Positions 1 through 12,554 of a stretch of DNA of 64,000 nucleotides are shown here, in pieces (position 1 is the stretch's first letter; every line of letters begins with the position of its first letter). The notes beneath the pieces were generated by a model. That model ran no database searches, was not told the origin of the DNA, and worked only from the letters and a program-made list of their open reading frames with translations. The stretch comes from Cetorhinus maximus (lineage: Eukaryota), in NCBI RefSeq assembly GCF_964194155.1, contig NC_135894.1, positions 76,632,001-76,696,000 on the forward strand, written 5' to 3'. Made by a program: the position numbers and the translations under genes.

Positions 1-899
1 AGAAGGGGATAGGTGTAAGGGGGGAGGAAGGTGTAAGGGGTGGTGTAGGGAGGGGGGAAGATTTAAGGGGGGGAAGATGTGAGAGGGGAGGAAGGTGTAA
101 GGAGTGGGGTGGAATATCCAAGTGAACATGCAAGGGAAAGGTCTTGTGGAAGGGAAGGAGTCAATGTGAGCCTCCTGGGAAGTGAACTGAGGATGAGTGT
201 GGTAGGATGGAGAGCTGAGTGTGAGGGGGCAGATGGAACTGGGAGGGTGAGGGTGCATCAGTACCAGTAGATGGGGCAGTGAGGGTGGTTGGAGGAGTCA
301 TGGAAGCAAAAACAGACCCTGGGGGTAGGAAGGAGGAGGTCGGGGAGGTCAGTTTGGATGAGGGTGGGATTTTCAGGAAGGTAGGGAACGTACACATTCA
401 CCTGGACCTTTGTGAAGGAGAAGGGTTCAGGGCAGGATAACGGTGGGGAGTTCAAAGGGGTGTTGACTGTGATTGGGGGAAGAACATGGGTGCCCTGGGG
501 AGGGGAAAGGATGGGGGAGCTTTTCAAAAACTTAATGACTACTTTGCTGTGCAATTCGAAAGTGAGTGGAGCCTCATGTTGGATGGACACAGGTACAGCA
601 AAGAAGTGCAGTCAGGGGGTGGGTGGAGATGCAGGTCAGCTCAGATGGACAACTGAAAGGGAACCCCAGCAGGCAGGATTGAAAATGCTCAAACAGTGAG
701 ATGAGTGTGATGGATGAAGACTTCGCATGCGTGGGAGAGTGCTTGCACGAGGCTCCAAAAAATCCTGCCGCACACACCTTTCTCCCTCCAGATTCACTCC
801 TGGTCCGGCAGTGTGGAGCTGAACTGTTAGTTGGGGGAGGATGCAGGGGGAGGACTCACCAAGCCTGTAAATGAAGCTGAAAGACAATATTGCACATTA

Positions 900-2963
900 T
901 TCAGTAAAAGTGAATATGTTTTTAGATTATAAAGTGACAAAAAGTGTTCACCCATGCAACCACTTGTGATCAACTTTTCTAGGCCTACCACTTCTTCTAG
1001 GTGCTGCCCTGACACCCACAGCAGGGCTGGAGACAGCCTGTGTAATGGTTGGCCCTATTGCCTTTGATGACTCCTCTGGATAGCCGATGCCTTGAGGGTC
1101 CTGGATTGCTTTGGCTGTGCTCCTGTGGGCCAGCTGCTCTCTCTGTGGTGAGAGAGGACAAGGTTGAGGGGATCACAAGCAAAGGGGACTTGGAGGAAGT
1201 GGACAGCCTCTAAGATTCCTAAGCGAATGACCCAGGGGTGTTCAGCTGCTACTCCTCCTCCCTTTGGGCACCCGAGGGCCCTGGCCTGACTCCTTAAGGG
1301 GAAGGAACACCTGAAGGGATGTTGAGGTGCTCCATTTCCCCCTCGCGTTGCCACTGTAGGAACTGTCCCATGGCTACTGCGATGGAATGTAGGTCTGCGC
1401 ACTTCTCCATGTTCTGCTGCACCAGGGTCTCAATGGCGTCCGCCATCCTGACCATGGAGACCTCCATATGTGCACCACTTCCTCAGAAAGCAGGAGGACG
1501 CACTCCTCTTACTCACGTGCTACTCTGTTGAGGTCTTCCAACAGCTCTGTGTGATGTTCCCTGCCTTCTGCTGACTCTCCACGATGAGTTGGAAGGCTGA
1601 ATCCAGAGATTCGACATCTGACTCCGACTTGACAGGTGCCTCTTCCCCAGCAGTCCTCCAAGTGCCAGGGAGCTCAGCTGAACCTGCCTCCTCCTGCAGC
1701 GGACACGTGTCCGTATGGTGACCACCAGATTGTGAACCCGAGCCTGCTCTACATCCAGGTTCCACTGAGGTGTGTATCTCTGCGCTGGTGGAGGGTGTGG
1801 GTAAGCACTGTGATGGGTCTTCCAGGCTGCTTATTTCCAGCTCTTCAATGGAGGAGGTGTCCTTTTGGCTGAAGGTGAGGACGTGGATGGAGCTGAGGGA
1901 CTGACTGGCTGAGAGTGTTGGTCGCTTGCCAGAGCTCCCTGTGAACCAAAGTAGAGATAATTAATGCATGGCAGCAGAGCCAAAAATATGAGAGTGAGCA
2001 CTCACAGTTGCTTTGAGAGAGAGATGATGGGGTGCAGGATGCTCACGTGGGCGTTTGCCGACGGCCTCACCGTTGCTGCAGGCACGGTCCACAACATCAC
2101 CAGCCAGCGCAATGGCATGCTCCTCAAAGTGAGTGAGGGGCTAAAAATCGGCCACTCCACACCCCCGGCCTAGGACCTCTCCCTCCTGTTGTGAGCCAGC
2201 TTCTCCTGGATGAAAACAGATGGCAAGAATGTGAGCAGGGCACATGCCACGGCAGATGATAAGGATGTGTGAAATGTTTGTATGGTGAGCAGAGCCATGG
2301 ACGGTAAGAGGACACAAACTTGAGAGGATATGAGCCTGATGGAGATGTGAGGGTGTGTGTGAGGGTTAATGGTGTTGTCCTTTGGGTTGTGAGATCCCTG
2401 CGGATGTGTGATGGGTTTGTGAGTGTGTGAGTTGAGAGTGATGAGGTGGTTGACTTACCCTGGCGGAACTGATGAGATCCTTCATCCTCTTCCTGCACTG
2501 GATGCCTGACCTCCACCATGATCCATTGGCGCTGACCACTGCTGCCACAGACTTCCAGGTCAAATTGGTGATTCTGGTCTGTGGCCAGAGCAGTGGAAGA
2601 GTAAACCGTGGAGGGCCTCAACAGTGCCCAAAAGGTGTTCCAGGGAGGTATCACTAAACCTGGGGTCCCCTTTGCTTTCTGGGCCATCTGTCATCTGGAG
2701 CAGTCCTGATCTGTACGTATGAAGCTCTGGTGTGCTTTGAATATGGTGCCCGGAGCGAGGAAGCGCTGAGGTCATGGCATGGCAACAAAATCTGAGCCGA
2801 CCTGCCAGTGATCTGGCGTGTTTACCGTGAATGCAATATTAATGAAGCAGGATGCGCCGGGAAGGGGACAATATGGTGCAAAAACCCGCCATTGTGGCCG
2901 GCAGGAAAAATATCCTTTACACGCCCGTTGCCGCACTTAGTCAATTCAGTGACAATTCTGCCC
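900..2963 (-). mobile_element. PIF/Harbinger transposon, one end, with degenerate spliced Myb/SANT-like gene (exons ~2687-2459, 2205-2006, 1938-~1000)
   Basis: PRFSDTSLEHLL...WKSVAAVVSANG..RSGIQCRKRMKDL then EKLAHNRRERS; GT-AG introns. Terminus reads GGGCAGAATT on the minus strand, like the left TIR of the element at 6324. Left boundary not found. Confidence 0.75.
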
Positions 2964-3530
2964 AACATCTCAAATACTGTGTGCAGTTTTGGTCCCCTCA
3001 TTTAAAGAAGGATGTAAATGCATTGGAGGCGCTTCAGAGGAGGTTTACTAGATTGATACCTGGGGTGAGCAGGTTTTCTTATGATGATAGACAGGACAGG
3101 CTGGGCTTGTTTCCACTGGAGTCTAGAAGAGTGAGGGGTGACTTGATTGAAGTATATAAGATCCTGAATGGTCTCAACAAGGTGGTCTTGGAAAGGATGT
3201 TTCCTCTTGTGGGTGAGTCCAGAACTAGGGGGCACTGTTCTAAAATTAGGGGTCACCCTTTTGTGACAAAGATGAGAAATTTTTTCTCCCAGACGCTTGT
3301 GTAACTTTGGAATTCTCTGCCTCAGAAGGTGGTGGAAGGTGGGTCATTGAATATTTTTAAGGCAAAGGTATATAGATTCTTGTTAGGCAAGGGAATCAAA
3401 AATTATCGGGGATACATGGGAATGTGGAATTTGAAACACAAACTGATCAGCCATGATCTTATTGAATGGCAAAGCAGACTCAAGGGGCCGATTGGCCTAC
3501 TTCTGTTCCTATTTCATACGTTTCGTATGT
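2964..3530 (+). mobile_element. CR1 LINE 3' fragment
   Basis: HLKYCVQFWSPHLKKDVNALE...RGDLIEVYKIL...RTRGH, followed by CR1-type 3'UTR. Confidence 0.9.
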
Positions 3531-5099
3531 ACATTGCTCCTAATTTGATTGGATGCAGACTACCAAGGGGCTCTATTTGATAATATGATATGTGAGACAT
3601 GTTAGATGTTTGTAAATCCAATTCACTGCTGAGCTTACTCGCTAGTTCCAATTTTTCAGAAGCTACACATATTAATAGCAACACAATGGCATAAATGAGG
3701 AATTAGTTGGCAAGCATGTTAGATCAAACAGTTGGAAAAAGGCATGAAGTGAATGAATTAATTCAATGTAACTATTTCCCTGTACAAAGTGGTTCTGACA
3801 TCAAGCAAAAATGCCTTGCAAGGGATATGTAGCTCATCTTTAAACAGAATTTTGGGATAATACCATTGTTCAAAAAGCATCAAATGCTTTATTATGAATG
3901 TCAAAATCATTTAATATTTTTTGTTTAAAAACGAATAATGAAAATCTTACATTTAAGTAGATGCACCTGCTGCAGCATGATCTGTGAAAATGGATAATTG
4001 CTGTTTTGCAGGTTAGACAGTTTGTTACTAGTTGCTCTGGGAACAGAACCCAGCATTACAACCCCCGGTAACGTTTACATCTTCGAATGAGTTTTCAGTT
4101 TTCTTATGTCTTAAAGGAGCTTATTTATGCTTTGCATCTTTCATTTTATTCTTTCCATCTCTATTTTCACAACATTTCTTCTAAAGAAAACAAATAAGAA
4201 ATGATAGACTCAATACGAAAGCAGTTATTACATTTTAATAGAATTAAATGACCTTTAGTGAAGCTGCTCTTGGGTTGTTGCTGTAGTTCAGTCAGGGATG
4301 CAATTTACTATGAAGTTCACCATGAAGTTATGAATGCCACTTGCCCACTGTTGCTTAAAAATTCCATGGTCTATACTGTGTCAACGAACCATTGCTTGAA
4401 CTGATGTGGTGCAGCCAACGTGTTGCCATCCCAGCTGTTAAAAAAGTATGATTGTGTGGCTGACACCCTTGAGTCATGAGAGAGATAGTACTTGGCTCTC
4501 ATATTCTCATTATGAAAGACATCTGTGGACCAGGGATAAAGTGCCAGCAGGACAAGGAGAGGCTGACATTCTAATATCTGTAGGGGTTGGAATGATTTTT
4601 GCCTGGCTTTCCAATGAACCTGGAATAGGGGCGGTTTTACCCATTTGAAATCATTTATAAGTATATTGAGGAATAAATAAGGAACTGATGAGCCTTTTTC
4701 ACAAAATATTATGACCAGAAACCAGAATATTTCTCATGAAATTTGTCAGAAAAATTAGCAGCAACATTTTGCACAATATAATTTATGGAAGGTAAAAGCG
4801 GATAATTACCAATTCGAAAGAAAAACAGGTGTAATCAATGAAGAAGAGAGAACATTAAATATTTGTAATTATGACTCCCTCTCCTCAGGCCCTGTCCCTC
4901 TGCTTTTCAAATCTACCACATGTCTATAAAACTATTGCCCCCATCTCCAAACTTTGAACTTTTTGTTGCCTCACAAATCTTTGCCCAACTTTCCCATAAG
5001 TCATTTTTGAACATCCCCAATCAAGTTTCTACTTCTGCCAAAGTACTGAAATGGCCCTACCTCTGTAACTAACCATGATGCACTTTCCTTCCTCCAAAT

Positions 5100-5790
5100 G
5101 GTCCTTAATTTAGATAAATGCAGTTTGATGCATGTTAGTAGGGCCAGCACAGAATAGACATATTATTTGCAGGGCATAACACTGAAAGAGGTTGAAAGAG
5201 AAAAGGATATAGCTGTTATTGTGCACTGATCACTCAAGGTTAATGAGCAATGCTGAGAAACTGTGGTTAAAGCTAATGAGGGTTGCATTAATGGAACCAT
5301 TCAGTATAAATCAAAGGACACCATTTTAACACTGCACAGGTTGCTGGTCACATCACATCTGGAGTACTGTGACTAGTTTTGGTCCCCCTACATGCTGGGT
5401 GATAGTGACCTTTGAAAAGTTCCAGAGGGGAGCTACAAGGGTGATTCCAGCTGAAAGAACCCCAGCTGCTCAGATATTCACAAGGATCTTGGTCTATTTA
5501 CTTTCAAGCAGTGTGGACTTAGAGGTAATCTGAGAGGGATATGTAAATTAATTAAAGGGGCTGGATGGCATCCCCACTAATGGGTTATTCCAATTTAACA
5601 GATTGTGGAGCAACAGTGTATATGAGTTTGAAGTATGTAAAAGTAGGAATTGACTGTGGTTCTTCTTTCTCCATGGAGTAGGAAATCTCTGGAACACATT
5701 GCTGGCTGACGTGCTGGGTGCTGATTCTCTGTATGCCTTCAAAAGTGAGCTAGACCAGTTCTGGACTGGGCAGAGATTGCATCACGAAGA
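5100..5790 (+). mobile_element. Old CR1 LINE fragment
   Basis: Degenerate ORF2 C-terminus (cacatctggagtactgt...ttttggtcccc; cttagaggtaatctga). Confidence 0.7.
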
Positions 5791-6819
5791 TAGAAGATAA
5801 GTGGCTTTATAGATAACATTTGGTTAATGTGATCTCCTGGACTGGTTTCGATCACAGGAGAGAAATTTTCTAAAGTATTTTTTCCCCTTTCTAGCTTTTG
5901 GGCTTTATTTGTTTTTTTGCTTCTCCAAGGAGATTACATTGCTGCAGGGGGTGGAATGGGGTGGGGAATGGGGTGGGGGTGCAGGGGTGGAGGGAGGTGA
6001 ATTAGTTTGGAAAAAAGTGTTTGCTCAAAATGGTGTGGGGCAGGCTTAATGGACCACTTGGCCTTTTTCTGCCTATCAATTTGTATGTTCATTCATCCTG
6101 CAGCCTCTGACTCAGTCAACCAATGACTTAAAGTTAATCCAGCAAGTTTATGCCACAATTCTTTTTCTTTCTAGTCTACAAACTCCACTGGATACCAAGC
6201 AATTTTTGCTGTTGACATTAGGACAGTTTAAACAGTTATGAGACTGATCTCATAATGCTGAGTATTTTGATCTAAAACTGTGTAACTTGTTCGAGGTAAG
6301 TTACATTACCCAATGTACACCAAGGGCAGAAGTTCACAGTCGGCGTGCGGGGGTGGGCCCGACACACATGCACGTAAAATGACGCGCGATGATGTCGGAT
6401 GTGTGTCCCGACGTTACCGCTCGCCATAGTGATATTTCGGAAGGCAGACGCGCTATGAGTTTGGAGGCACGCCTGGAATTAATTAATGGGCCAGTTAAGT
6501 CCCTTGAGGCAGCAATTGACATTGATTTTTCGCAGCTCGTGCAATTTTCAGGGCATAGCATGGGCGCAACGTGCAGGCAGGTAGGCCACATCTTTAAAAA
6601 CCTCATCCACAGGCGGGATAAGGGGGGTGAGTGGGCTCGCTAATGCAAAATGTTAGAACTTTAGTTGATTACTTACTGCTTCTTGCTTGTGTGAACAGGA
6701 CAACTTCACTTTGCTTCAGAACTGCTTTAACAGAAAGAACAGGCTTCAGTTCAGGACTCTGGAAGAATCATAATACCTGGGGCCTTCCAGGTATCAGACA
6801 ACCTTCCCTTACCCTGGGA

Positions 6820-8036
6820 ATGGGATTGTGGTCTCCACTGGAGGCACCTCCTCTGAGGAGGAAGAAAGGGCCAGAAGGGGGAAGAGGCCAGGAGTCCATA
6901 TTCAGCCTCCAGGGGAGCCATCTGTGGGAGGACAGGTGCAGGCACAAGGGGTGCAGGGCAAATAGGAAGTCCAAGGTGGAAGGGGCCGCAGAAGACGCCA
7001 CTATTCTGCTGCCAGGGTATACAGGCGATGATGCAGCTACCTCAATATGTCTGAGGTGCAGTGCCGAAGGAGGCTCCATCTTTCAAGGGAGACAGTGACC
7101 TCCATCTGTCAGATGATCAGTCCTGAGATCAGCTGCAACTGTGTGGGTGGACACCCCATGCCAGTGGCGCTGGAGGTCATGGTGGCCCTCAACTTCTATG
7201 CCTCCGGCTCTTTCCAGGGGTCGGTGGGTGATCTTTGTGGAGTCTCCCAATCAGCTGTCCACAGTTGTGTCAAGCTGGTGACAGACGCTCTGTTTAGGTG
7301 TGCATTGACTTTCACTCACTACTGCATGGATGAGGGCAGCCAGGCAGCGCGAGCCAGAGACTTGGCAGCGATTGCTGGCTTTCCTTGCATCCAGGGTGCA
7401 ATCGACTGCACATGTGGTTATCAAGGCGCCAGTGGGTGAGCCGGGAGCCTTCGTCAACAAGAAGGGATTCCACTCCATGAACGTGCAGATAGTGTGTGAC
7501 CATAGGATGCAGATTCTGCAAATCTGTGCAAGGTGCCCAGGCACCTCTTATGACACATACATCCTGAAACACTCCCAGGTGCCGAGGCTCTTCAGTGCTC
7601 CAACCTGGCTGGATGGATGGCTGCTGGGTGACAAGGGCTATCCCTCAGAAGGTGGCTCATGACATCCCTCTGCCATCCAAGAACACAGGCTGAGCAGCGG
7701 TACAATAGGAGCCATGCCTCCACAAGGGCGGTGGTAGACAGAACTGTCGATCTTCTCAAGATGTGTTTCCAGTGCCTGGACCGTTCAGGGGATGCACTCC
7801 AATACCCCCACAGATCGTGTGTCACTGATAGTGGCTGTGCTCTCCACAATCTGGCGCTGGAAAGGGGAGACGCAGTGGAGGAAGAAGATGTTGACGCAGC
7901 TGCTCAGGCAGCCGACGATGGGTCCAGTAGTGAGTCCGAGGACAAGCACGGTCAGGAGAACACTGAGGGGATAGGTGCTGACCTGGGCAACCTCCAGGGA
8001 CACCGGGAGGCTTTGATCCAATGCTCCTTCAGCTAG
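6820..8036 (+). pseudogene. Harbinger (HARBI1-like) DDE transposase, frameshifted
   Basis: LNFYASGSFQ, GAIDCT/HV, NKKGFHSMNVQIVCD, WLLGDKGYP, YNRSHASTRAVVDRT motifs split across ORFs starting 7047, 7330 and 7659. The catalytic E position reads D. Confidence 0.92.
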
Positions 8037-8042
8037 CCCACC

Positions 8043-9355
8043 AGAGTCAGAGCAGCCTTGAGAATCTTACAGGATACAGGCCTAACTTTGAGTGAAAAAT
8101 GTGACTTCACCAAACCTATGGTCAAGTTTCTACGTCACATAGTACAAGCCACTGGAATCACAGTTGATCCACAAAAAGCAAAAGTAATCAGAGAATTTTC
8201 ACTACCCAGGAACATAACTGAGCTTCAAAGATTCCTCAGGATGGTCAACCAAGTCGGCAAGTTCCTACCTCACCCAAGTCAGAGAATATTGTCTGGAAGG
8301 ATGGCCAGGCCACATTCCTCTAATCCGATACTATGGCAGTACTTTAAACCGCGCAAGCACCTCACAGTCATTGGAGACTTATTGGTCTTGAATGAGCGAA
8401 TAGTCATACTGAGAGCACTCCGGCTTGATATTCTTCAAAGACTTCACCAAGGTCATCTAGGAATAGCAAAATATTGTGCAAGCGCACAGCAATCAGCCTG
8501 GTGGCCAGGCATTACTCGCTTTATAGAAGAAATGATTTCTAACTGTCTTACTTGTGCCATAAGCAGCCAGAGGACAAAATCTCAAACCCAATATCACCAC
8601 GAACGACCATGAGAGGGTAAAGCAGTATGAGAAAGAACAGAGAAACAGAAAACCTACCAGGCTCGGAACTTTAATCACAGGCATGGAGGGCATGAGTTAT
8701 GAGTGCTGAAGCTCAGGGAGAGAGTATGGGTCAGAGACCAACAGAAGGAAGATACAATCATTGAAAAAACTCCACAACCAAGATCGTACAGGATTGAGAG
8801 AGACAAGGGTACCATAAGGAGAAACCGCAGCGTCTTAATATCCTTGGAGAGAAAGCCAATAGAAACTTGGGCTTACTACTCAGAACCAGGAGAAGAGGAA
8901 AGACTGACTACAAGCTCTACAGCCACCCAGGAGAAAAACACTCACACTGGCAGAAGGGGGAATATGGAATATCCTTGGCCTCGAAAGGAGATCAGGGAGA
9001 TTGGTCAAGGCACCTCAGGGATTACCCTGTGAGATCTGAGACTTTGGGGTGAGATGTAAGAAGATGTAAAGATGATGGGGATAAAGATTTGGGGGGAGAT
9101 GTAGACTAAAGGGTTAACATCAGAAGCATACAAGATGCTGATGCAATAATGTCGGATCACATGACTGAAAAGTAAGAAAGATCTGGAAGGAGGAGAATCT
9201 CCAACCACGTATAGAAGTCCAAATGCGTCAATACTTGTTGTAAATAAAGTTTTAGGCATTGGTCAGCAAACTTTGAGAAATTGCAGACTCAAGCAGCATA
9301 CTTTGGGATAATAGACAATCCCCAGGACCCTCATCTAGACCCCGCCCACACAACA
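8043..9355 (+). mobile_element. Gypsy LTR retrotransposon fragment: internally deleted pol, PPT and 3' LTR (9100-9355)
   Basis: RT thumb (EKCDF..VKFLRHIV..GITVDPQK..ELQRFLRMVNQVGKFLP), integrase zinc finger (HQGHLGI..WWPGI..CLTC), C-terminal PRSY..IRRNR; GGGGGGAGA PPT followed by TGTAG...CAACA with internal AATAAA. Confidence 0.85.
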
Positions 9356-10053
9356 AATTTGGGAGTCCTTGTGCATGAATCCCGAAAAGCTAATATATAA
9401 GCTCAACAGGTAATGGGTAAGGCAAATAGAAAGTTGGCCTTTATTTCAAAGGGAATGGAGTATAAAAATAGGGAAGCCTTGCTAAAACTATATAAGGCAG
9501 AGTTAGACCACACCTAGAATACTGTGAACAATTTTGGTCCCCTTATCTAAGGGAAGAGGTATTGGCATTGGAGGCAGTCCAGAGAAGGTTCACTAGGTTG
9601 ATCCTGGGTATGGAGGGATTTTCTTATGAGGAGAGGCTGAGTAGGTTGGAATTTAGAAGAATGACAGGTGACTTTATTGAAACATAAGATTCTTAGTGGG
9701 CTTGACAGGGTAGATGCTGAGAGGTTATTTCCCCTTGTGGGAGAGTCTAGGACCAGAGGGCATAATCTCAGAGTTAAGGGGTCAACCACTTGACAGAGAT
9801 GAGGAGGAATTTCTTCTCTCAGAGGGTAGTCAATCTGTGGAATTCTTTACCGCAGAGGGCTGTAGAGGATGGGTAGTATATTCAAGGCTGAGATAGACAG
9901 ATTTTTAATCAGTAAGGAAATCAAGGGTTGTGGAAAAAGGCAGGAAAGTGGAGTTGAGAATTATCAAATTGGCCATGATCTCACTGAATGGTGGAGCAAG
10001 CTCGATGGGCCAAATGGCCTACTTCTGCTCCTACATCTTATGGTCTTATGGTC
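9356..10053 (+). mobile_element. CR1 LINE 3' fragment
   Basis: LGVLVHES...[11 protein letters not shown]; ends in CTTATGGT-repeat tail. Confidence 0.9.
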
Positions 10054-10305
10054 TACATGTCGGGGCTGCAGGCTCCATGCTCGATACCTGACAGGAATTG
10101 GTGAATAACATGCACTGTGTGCCATTTCAATAAAGCTCAATGACAAACAAGTGACTCATAACATCATGGGTAACCCTGCACCTGCAGAACTAATGAAGCA
10201 CCCAGAGGCTTGTTGAGAACAAACACATTTAATGATTTGCAGCTTGACACACAGAAATCAAACTAATTGAAAAGGTGTTGAACATCACACCAACTTAACA
10301 GTAAC

Positions 10306-12554
10306 TTAAAAGTGGGGCAAAAGAAAATCACTAGCGATAAGCCCACATTGTGCCGAAGGTGCTTTACATTTATGCTTGTGGGTACTATGTCTAGGCGCTC
10401 TCCCCTTGCTGGCACTGGCATTGGAGACAGCCTGCTCACTCTGCTGACCTGTTGGCCTTGATGGTCTTGGCGGGCATCCTCTGGCCCATGGAGCCTGTGC
10501 TGGCCCCACCTTGGAGGGAACAGCCAGTGCCACGGCTGGCATCCCCACAATGGTCACAGCCTCATCGGATGCCATGGTCATTGGCAGAGGGGCAGAGGAG
10601 CTGCTGCCATCATCCAGAGCACCATGAGGGGAGCTCACAGAGACAACAAGCAGCTCATGCACCAACGTGAGTTCGCTTTGGACCTTCCTGCTCACCATTG
10701 ATGGATGGGCACCTAGCTGGGATACTGGGTGCCCAATCCATCTCCCACACTGACAGTGACCACCTGAGGTCATTGCCGGTGTGAGGGTTTGCAGGTCCGA
10801 GCTCATCCCCAGGAAGCCCTGATTGTTCTCCTGGAGGAGCCGCTCCATGAGAGTCGCCACTCTCTCCATGGAGGAGGCAGTGTGCTTGGCCATGAGAGTC
10901 TTTACATTGCTCATGTTTCGCAAGGACTCCTCCACAACAGAGACCATTGCACACATTCCCTCGTGTATCTCTGTCAGATCCTCCCACGCACTCTGCTGGA
11001 CTTCCAGCACCTGCTGCCTCATGGACGACTCCAGAGGCCCATCATCAGTCACCGACTGAGCATGTTCCTTGTCCCCAGCATTCCTCTGACTGCTGGTGCC
11101 CTGGACACTCTCTGCTTCCGCCTGCACCTCAAGTGAGTGTGAAGTGCCCTCGCCGCTGTGCACCGAGATACTAGCCAACGATCTTATTTTCGCCTAGGTG
11201 CTGGTATCCGCACTGGTGCCTGACTGGCTGAGAGGGTGTGACGTTGGTGCGTTCATGTCTTGTGTGCCCCCAGGGGTCAGCGGTGGTCCCTCAGGCTCCT
11301 GAGACCGGGCGTGCTCTGGTGAGGCTGAAAGGAAGAACAAGGACATTTGATTAGTTGAAGTAGTTACACTGTCAATGTGCATGATTGGCCCCCGGATCAG
11401 GATGCGCTCATCTTTCCATTATCAATGGGGATCCCATGCTGGAGGCTGAAATCAATATACAGTCAACAGTGGAATGGTTGCAATGACAGACATTGTGACC
11501 TCAGTACATGGCAGCCTTACGTCCCAGTGGCACCCCAACCTCACTGCGGCCGGTTGATCTAGGCGCATGGCATCGCTCCAGCTCCAGTGCCTCCTGCTCG
11601 TATCTGGTGATGATCAGAAGATGGGGCTGCCCTCCGCCAGTCCGCAGCCGCTCTGCTTTATTGTGTGCTGCCATCTCCTGAGAGGAGACAGGAGCATTGA
11701 TTAGTCCACCCTGTACCTGCAGCGCCATTGCAGCCTTGCCACCCCCACCTGCGGAAAACCTTGCAGGGCTTAGCCGATTCGTGACCTTGGAGCCGCCACA
11801 TGCTCATTCCAAGTAGCCAGGGCTCACCTCCTTGCCCAGGTGCTGCCTCCATGATATTTGCCACTCACACTCTAAGAACTTCCAAACCCATGACCATGAC
11901 CACCTAGAAGGAAAAGGGCAGCAGATAGATGGATACACCACCACCTGGAAGTTCCCCTCCAAGTCACTCAGCATCCTGACTTGGAAATGTTTCGCAGTTC
12001 CTTCACTGTCGATGGGTCCAAATCATAGAACTCGCCCCCTAACAGCACTGTGGGTGTACCTACACCACACGGACTGCAGCGGTTCAAGAAGGCAGCTCAC
12101 CACCACCTTCTCAAGGGCAACTAGGGATGGGCAATAAATGCTCGCCCAGCCAGCGAAGCCCACATCCTGTGAATGAATGAATAAAAAAACAAAATTCTGA
12201 GGTGCGGGGTGGGGGGTGGGATGCGGGGCTACCTAACTGCTGTTCTAAGTGACCCATGCCAACATGGTACTCACCCTTCCCGATTGCAGGAGGTTATTAA
12301 ACCACTTGCGGCACTGCACCCATGTGCGCTTCACCACATCATGGGAGCTGACCTGTGATGCCGCCTCCTCCCAGGCACGCTTGATTAGGCGGGGGGCGGG
12401 GGGGGGGGGTGCCTCCTCCCCTCTTCCTTTGGGACCAGGATATCCCAGCCACCTCCTCAAGGAGGGCAGTGAGGCAGTCATCAGAGAACCTTGGAACCGA
12501 TTGCTCCACCGACCTGCCCTCCCGCCTGGCCTGCTCTCCGAAGACGTTCTCCAT
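10306..12554 (-). pseudogene. Harbinger Myb/SANT-like DNA-binding gene (exons 12554-12275, 11677-11521, 11324-~10350)
   Basis: VPRFSDDCLTALLEEV...AWEEAASQVSSHDVVKRTWVQCRKWFNNL then EMAAHNKAERLRTGGG; GTGAGT and GTAAGG donors, YAG acceptors; frameshifts. Confidence 0.82.
11880..12190 (+). mobile_element. LINE 3' end inserted in Myb intron 1
   Basis: ...TTCAAGAAGGCAGCTCACCACCACCTTCTCAAGGG...(TGAA)n then A-rich tail. Reverse copy at ~43570-43680; RT C-terminal fragment probably of the same family at 41061-41370. Confidence 0.7.

Noticed and set aside
4012-4067. Plus-strand exon-like unit (TTTTGCAG...CCG|GTAACG)
   Set aside because: No recognisable product and no partner exons; I could not match it to expected neighbours such as SFT2D2.
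6820-8036. Domesticated host gene HARBI1
   Set aside because: It has frameshifts and a stop, and lies within TIRs with a TSD, so it is a transposon copy.
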